Assembly (NCBI GenBank): GCA_963663235.2
Contig: CAXXNO010000004.1
Location: 736,001 to 800,000, forward strand
Source: Dehalococcoidia bacterium
GTDB lineage: Bacteria > Chloroflexota > Dehalococcoidia > Bin125
DNA length: 64,000 nucleotides
Direction: 5' to 3'
The stretch's first letter is position 1, and each line of letters opens with the position of its first letter. Under the pieces are notes generated by a model. That model was not told the origin of the DNA, made no database searches, and saw only the letters and a program-made list of their open reading frames with translations. Of this stretch, positions 59,155 through 64,000 are shown one piece after another. The position numbers were made by a program, and so were the translations under genes.

Positions 59155-59444
59155 CAGCGCTCCTGTGTCTCGGCGGGCGCCAACTCGGCGGACCCCCATG
59201 TATTCCCCAACGCCCGAGGGGATGCACCGGACCCTCCTCGACGCGACCCCGAGGTTAGAGGCCGCCGCGAGTCTCCCACACGCGTCGCCGCGCGTCGCTC
59301 CCGAGCCGTTGCCCCAGATCGCCCGCTGAGGGCCCACCTGGCCCTCAGCGGCTTTGGGATTCGAACGGGTGTTCTATGAGGAGACGTTATTCCGGCCGCT
59401 CCAGAGAGGACCGGGGCGCGAGCCAGTCGCGGCGTCTGGGCCGC

Positions 59445-60560
59445 CTATCTACGGCCGGCTTGCGCGAGGACTCTGCCCAGTGCCTGAAAGTACTGAGCAC
59501 ACTGCGCCGTTTCGCACGGCATGACGAGGTTCGTCGGGCGGTCCGCAACCACCACGAACGCACCGCTGTTGGGAACCGTCACCTCGGTGCGCAGGGAAGG
59601 GGGCAGAGCCCGCCCGATCAGCGTCCACATGCGCGTGTCTGGGTCGAAGGTGAATAGGCGGTCGACGCCAGCGTTGCCGTCGAGAATGTCGGTGTTGCTT
59701 TGCAAGTCCCCACAGTTCGCCACGATCTGAAGACCCGCCTGCACCTGCCAGATCAAGGTGAGTTCCTGGAACTCGAAGCCGAGGGGCTCCTCCGCGACAA
59801 GGCCGCTAATTTCGAGGAGGAACGCGCTTTCCGAACGGACGAACAGGCCGGCCATGAAATTGATACTGACGTCGCGCCGCAGGGATGCCGGCAGCCGCCT
59901 GTCAGCGACTTGAAAGCTTCGCGTCTCCGCGTCCAGGACGAAGAACGCCTGTAGAGAGGGGTTGGCGGCGAAGAGATCCTCGCTCGTCGTCGGCCTTCCG
60001 CACCAGCCCAGCGGGCTGAGACCTGCAGGAATCCGCACCTCAACCGCCGCGTCGCCGGACACACCTTCGTCGGCCACGGGCTGGAGGAAGCCGCCGAGAT
60101 CCCCGGCCGTCGTGCGGACCAGGACGAACACCTCGCCGGCGTCCAGCGCAGCGTGCGAGAGGTCGCCCGATTCGAAGCCGTCGGCGAAGATCGCGTTCGG
60201 CCCTGCGCAGCCCTCCATACAGAGGAGCGAGACGATCAGCGTGCCCCGGCCCGGCTCGCCGCCAACGAAGATGTCGGTCGCGATCAGTCCCGATCCCAGC
60301 CCAACCGAGATATCCGCGAACATGACATCGACGAACAGACCCCACCCTCCCTGGTCTTGGCCCTGGAACCCAACCGTCACGGTGCCCAAGTCGGCCTCGG
60401 CGACGAAGGTCCACGTGATCTCCTCGAAGTTCAACATTTGCGCGGCTTCCAGCGCTCCGCCGTCCGCTTCCGCATGGGAGGGGAGCGGGGTGGAGCCCAG
60501 GCCATAGCCCAGGGCGATGGCCGCCAAGGCCGAGATGACGATCAAGCGGGTCCGGGACAT
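59445..60560 (-). CDS. Secreted protein with a degenerate CHRD-like region and two GWN-type domains
   Basis: Signal peptide MSRTRLIV...; ALDAGEVFV.VRT..G.L.G.L; tandem ~78 aa repeats. Confidence 0.6.
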   Translation of the reverse strand: MSRTRLIVISALAAIALGYGLGSTPLPSHAEADGGALEAAQMLNFEEITWTFVAEADLGTVTVGFQGQDQGGWGLFVDVMFADISVGLGSGLIATDIFVGGEPGRGTLIVSLLCMEGCAGPNAIFADGFESGDLSHAALDAGEVFVLVRTTAGDLGGFLQPVADEGVSGDAAVEVRIPAGLSPLGWCGRPTTSEDLFAANPSLQAFFVLDAETRSFQVADRRLPASLRRDVSINFMAGLFVRSESAFLLEISGLVAEEPLGFEFQELTLIWQVQAGLQIVANCGDLQSNTDILDGNAGVDRLFTFDPDTRMWTLIGRALPPSLRTEVTVPNSGAFVVVADRPTNLVMPCETAQCAQYFQALGRVLAQAGRR

Positions 60561-60629
60561 GCAGCGTCTCCGTTTCTGCGGGGGTGCCGAGGCTAGCGCG
60601 GGGTTCGCTCGGTCCCCGCTGCGGCGCGG

Positions 60630-62774
60630 CTACGGCGCCGGCTGCTCCCAGGCGGCGGCGGCGGCCAGGCGGATGAAGAAGGCGTCGCCGTTGGCGAGCG
60701 TCTCCAACGTGTTACCGACGGGTGCGCCTCGGCGCCAGGTGTCGTAGGCGACGCCGTTCCAGCGGAAGACGGCGTCCGCGGCCGCGAGGCCTTCCAAGGC
60801 GCCTTCGATGTCCATGGCGGGGCCGGTCCACATCGCCAGGTTCAGCCCGGCGAGGAGGGCGACGGATCGGGCGTCGTTGAAGGCGGGCTGCTCCCAAGTC
60901 GCCGCCTGGTCCATGACGATCCAGAAGGCGTCGCCCGTGTTCAGGTCGGTCACGCCCTGCACCACCGCCGGCAGACCGGGGATGAAGGAGACGTAGCCCT
61001 GGGCGGCCGCGTCCCACCCGAGGATTTGGCTGAAGAGGCCGGCGATGGAAGCGGTAGCGTCGGGGATGGCGGTGTCGCCGGTCCAAGCCACCAGGTTCAG
61101 GCCGGGGACCAGGTTCACGCTGCGGGTCTGGGCCACCACCTGCCCCGGCGTGCCGAAGAAGCCGTAGAGCGCACCCGTGGGGGCGGCGAAGGGGCCGGTG
61201 GTGTGGAAGCGCGACGTGACGCGGACGTCGGGGACGCCGTCCGCGTTGAGATCGGCCACGTCGATGTCGCCGCCGAAGAGCTCGCCCGCCCGGCCGCCGA
61301 CGTAGGCGCGGGTGGCCAGTTGCGCCAGGCTGCCGGACTGGAGCGGGCCCTCGACCAGGTAGACGGCGCCGGTCTCGTCGCTAACGCCCGCCTGGGCCGC
61401 TTGGACGTCGCCGCTGTCGGCGCCGGGGACGCCGATGAGCAGGTCCAGGGCGCCGACGAGGTTCACGTCGGCGAGCCTGAGGGCGAGGCCCCGGTGGCCG
61501 TTGGGGATGCCGGAGATCTGTACCGCCTAGGGCTGGGTTTCGCTGATCGCTTCCTCCCGCCCCAGGGCGACGATGTTTTCGATCAGCCAGACGGAGGAGT
61601 CGCCAGTATCAGCGGCGGCGCCTACGGCGACGCAGGAGCCGGCGCAGAATCCGCTGCTACCCGCTCCGCTCAAAGCGAGCGCGCTCCCGAACGTGGGGTC
61701 GGTTGAGCGCACGGTGCGGACGGGGGTGACGTTAAACGAGGACTCCACGCCGCCGGGGCGGGTAATGACGTCGAGGCGGCCACCGGCGCCGTCCGCGCCG
61801 GGGATCGCGAGGAAGAGGAGGAGCAGCTCATCGATGCTGGCACCGAACGTCGCAAAGCGGGCGGCGGAGAACGCCGGCTCGGCACCGGGTTCCCAGATCG
61901 CAATCGGACCCGGCTCGGTGGTCACGCCTGCTTGCTGCACGGCGATTGCCGGATCAGTCAGCGGACGGAGTATCTCTTCTCCATCACCGAGGGTTTTTGG
62001 GTCTTCTGGCTCGAAGCTTTCTGGATCGTCCTCCTCAACAGGATCAAGTCGAAGAGGTGGTGGGAAGGCTTCGCTGTAACGACGGAGAGCTTCCGCTTCG
62101 TCCTCGCTCACTAAAACTGGAAAGTCACCCCTGAGGAGGCGTTCGAAGATATCGCGCAAGGCGATTTCGCCGTTCTCCCGAATTTCCTCTCGCCTTGTAC
62201 CCTTCTTGCCCTGCGCCGTGCGTGGCACCTCCAGATCGGCAACCGTGGGAGGGACCAGGAAGAGCAAGTCGGGCGTGCCGTCCCCATCGAAGTCGAGCAC
62301 CTGAGGATGGCGATCGAAGGCCCCCCGCGCCGCCCCCGGCACAGAGACCAGCGCCTGCGAGAGCCAGGTACGGCCGTCGAGGCGGGCGCAGCCGGACGGG
62401 TCGTCCTCCGGACACAGGACGAGGAAGGTCTCGCCTGCGCCGTAGAGGGGGAACGTCTCCGCGAGCGGATCGGTGATGAGGAAGCTAAGACCTCCCGTGT
62501 CGGGATCTGCCGAGGCGAGCACGTTGACGGGGAAGGCGAGTTGCTCGTCGGTGTCCGGGACGAAGGCGGCCTGGATGGGGCCGCCGAGGAGGAGGAAGTC
62601 GGCGTCGGCGGCGTCGATGACGTCGAGGCCGGCGATCTGGGCAGCCTGCGGCCCGGGGTCCTGTGCGTCGACGGAGGAGCGCAGCGGGTTGAGGCCCACG
62701 GCGTAGCTCAGGGCGACGACGACCATCGCGATGGTTCCCACGGCGATGGCACAGATGACCTGGGTCCGGGACAT
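60630..62774 (-). pseudogene. FG-GAP (integrin-like) repeat secreted protein with two C-terminal GWN-type domains, interrupted by an in-frame TAG at 61527-61529
   Basis: DFDGDGTPDLL, FGSALA, ADVN..GALDLLIG.PGAD, ADLNADGVPD. The two ORFs are in the same frame, 20 sense codons apart after the TAG. Confidence 0.65.
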
Positions 62775-62839
62775 GGGCAGCCTCTCCGCTTCTGTGAGCG
62801 GAGAGGCTAGCCGAGGAAGGCGGGATGGTCACCGGAGGT

Positions 62840-62878
62840 GCGCCGGGGCGGAACTCCAATGGAGCTCCGCCCCGGCGC
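62840..62878 (-). terminator. Strong hairpin after the MCP gene
   Basis: GCGCCGGGGCGGA...TCCGCCCCGGCGC, 13-bp stem. Confidence 0.6.
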
Positions 62879-62896
62879 GGGGGGACAGGAAGGCCG

Positions 62897-64000
62897 CTAG
62901 GCGGCGGCGTCCTCCTCCTGGAGCTCGGGCAGCGCTGTGGGATGCGTGCCGGTCTGCCGCCGGGCCAGCTTGAAGGTCGACACGCCGGCGCGGAGATCAT
63001 CGGCCAGGTTGCCCAGCGTCTTGGCCGACGAGGAGACTTCCGTCACCTGCGCGGTCATCTCTTGCGCGGCGGCGGAGACCTCCTCCGTGCTCGCGGCGTT
63101 CTCTTGCGCGACGGCGGCGACGGAACCGGCGACCTCGCTGACGGCGCGGAGTTCCTGCAACACCTCGCCGATGAGCGTGACCATGTTCGCGCCGGCGCCC
63201 TTGAGTTCGTCGGAATTGGAGGTGAGCCCCTGGATCTGGCCACTGACGGACTCGACGGCGGCGAGGATACCCGTGAGGGCCTCGCCCGCCTCCTCGGCGA
63301 CCTTGGCACCGCCCTCGGTCTGGGTGGCGCCCTCCTCCATGGCGCGGACAGAGCGGTCGACATCGTCCTGGACCCCGCTGATCAAGTCAGCGATCTCCTT
63401 GGTGGCTTGAGCCACCCGCTCGGCCAGCTTGCGCACCTCGTCGGCGACGACGGCGAAGCCGCGGCCCTGCTCGCCGGCGCGGGCCGCCTCGATGGCGGCG
63501 TTCAGCGCTAAGAGGTTGGTCTGGTTGGCGATGTCGTCGATGGTCTCGACGATGCGGCCGATCTCCTTGGAGCGCTCGCCGAGGCGGGCGATCTCCTGGG
63601 AAGCGGTCTCCACGGTATCCTTGATGCGGGCCATGCCTTCAATGGTCTCGCGCACCTTCTGAGCGCCGCCTTGGGCGGTCTTGCGCGCTTCGTCGGCCTG
63701 GGTGGCAGCGGTGGTGGCGCTGTCCGCCATGGCCACGGCGGCGTCGGCGACCTGCTCCTTGGCCGCCCGCTCGATCTGAGCGGCGGAGGTGGAGACCTTG
63801 TCCAAGGATTCGTTGGCGCTCTGGAGTCCCTTGGACTGCTCGGTGGTGCCAGAGGCCACCTGGGCGGTGGTGGTGGCCACCTGGCCCGCCGCTTGGGCGG
63901 CCTCGGCGGCGGCCGACTAGAGCTGATCCTTAGACGTGCCCAAGCTGTCCGTGGCAGCGCTGACGCGGCCCATGACCTCGTTCAGGTTCTTGAGCATGGT
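62897..64000 (-). CDS. Methyl-accepting chemotaxis protein (C-terminal signalling domain; 5' end outside the window)
   Basis: [38 protein letters not shown]. Confidence 0.95.

Noticed and set aside
59355-59372. GTTCGAATCCC on the minus strand, resembling a tRNA T-loop
   Set aside because: No T-stem, acceptor stem or cloverleaf can be formed around it.

Overview
GC-rich (roughly 70%) bacterial window. The gene content suggests Chloroflexota/Dehalococcoidia (an inference): seven luciferase-like (LLM) oxidoreductases, FO synthase fbiC, a Ddn-type F420H2 reductase, orphan Tat-lipoprotein substrate-binding proteins and a double-domain CoA transferase. It also holds a cobalamin-riboswitch-led cobamide salvage operon (cobT-cobS-cobU behind an internally deleted cobO), fbiC+ribA, a MEDS / GAF-HK-REC-LuxR signalling locus, an acyl-CoA catabolic cluster, tandem paralogues and a cluster of secreted or surface proteins. 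Main observations the ORF track misses: (1) two probable selenoproteins with an in-frame UGA and a SECIS-like hairpin (an ArsM-like methyltransferase, WSG-U-IAGAL, and an AhpD/CMD protein, C-A-L-U); (2) a roughly 75-80 aa 'L-x-x-G-W/L-N-x-V-x-W-x-G' module in six copies on four unrelated secreted proteins, a candidate surface-anchoring or sorting domain; (3) a duplicated substrate-binding-protein pair with gene-conversion-like identity blocks and a conserved, apparently structured 5' leader; (4) an IS1595 transposase remnant beside a low-GC gene; (5) several genes broken by internal deletions, +1 homopolymer frameshifts or an amber codon. No rRNA, tRNA or CRISPR array was seen. All family calls come from motif recognition, not database searches.
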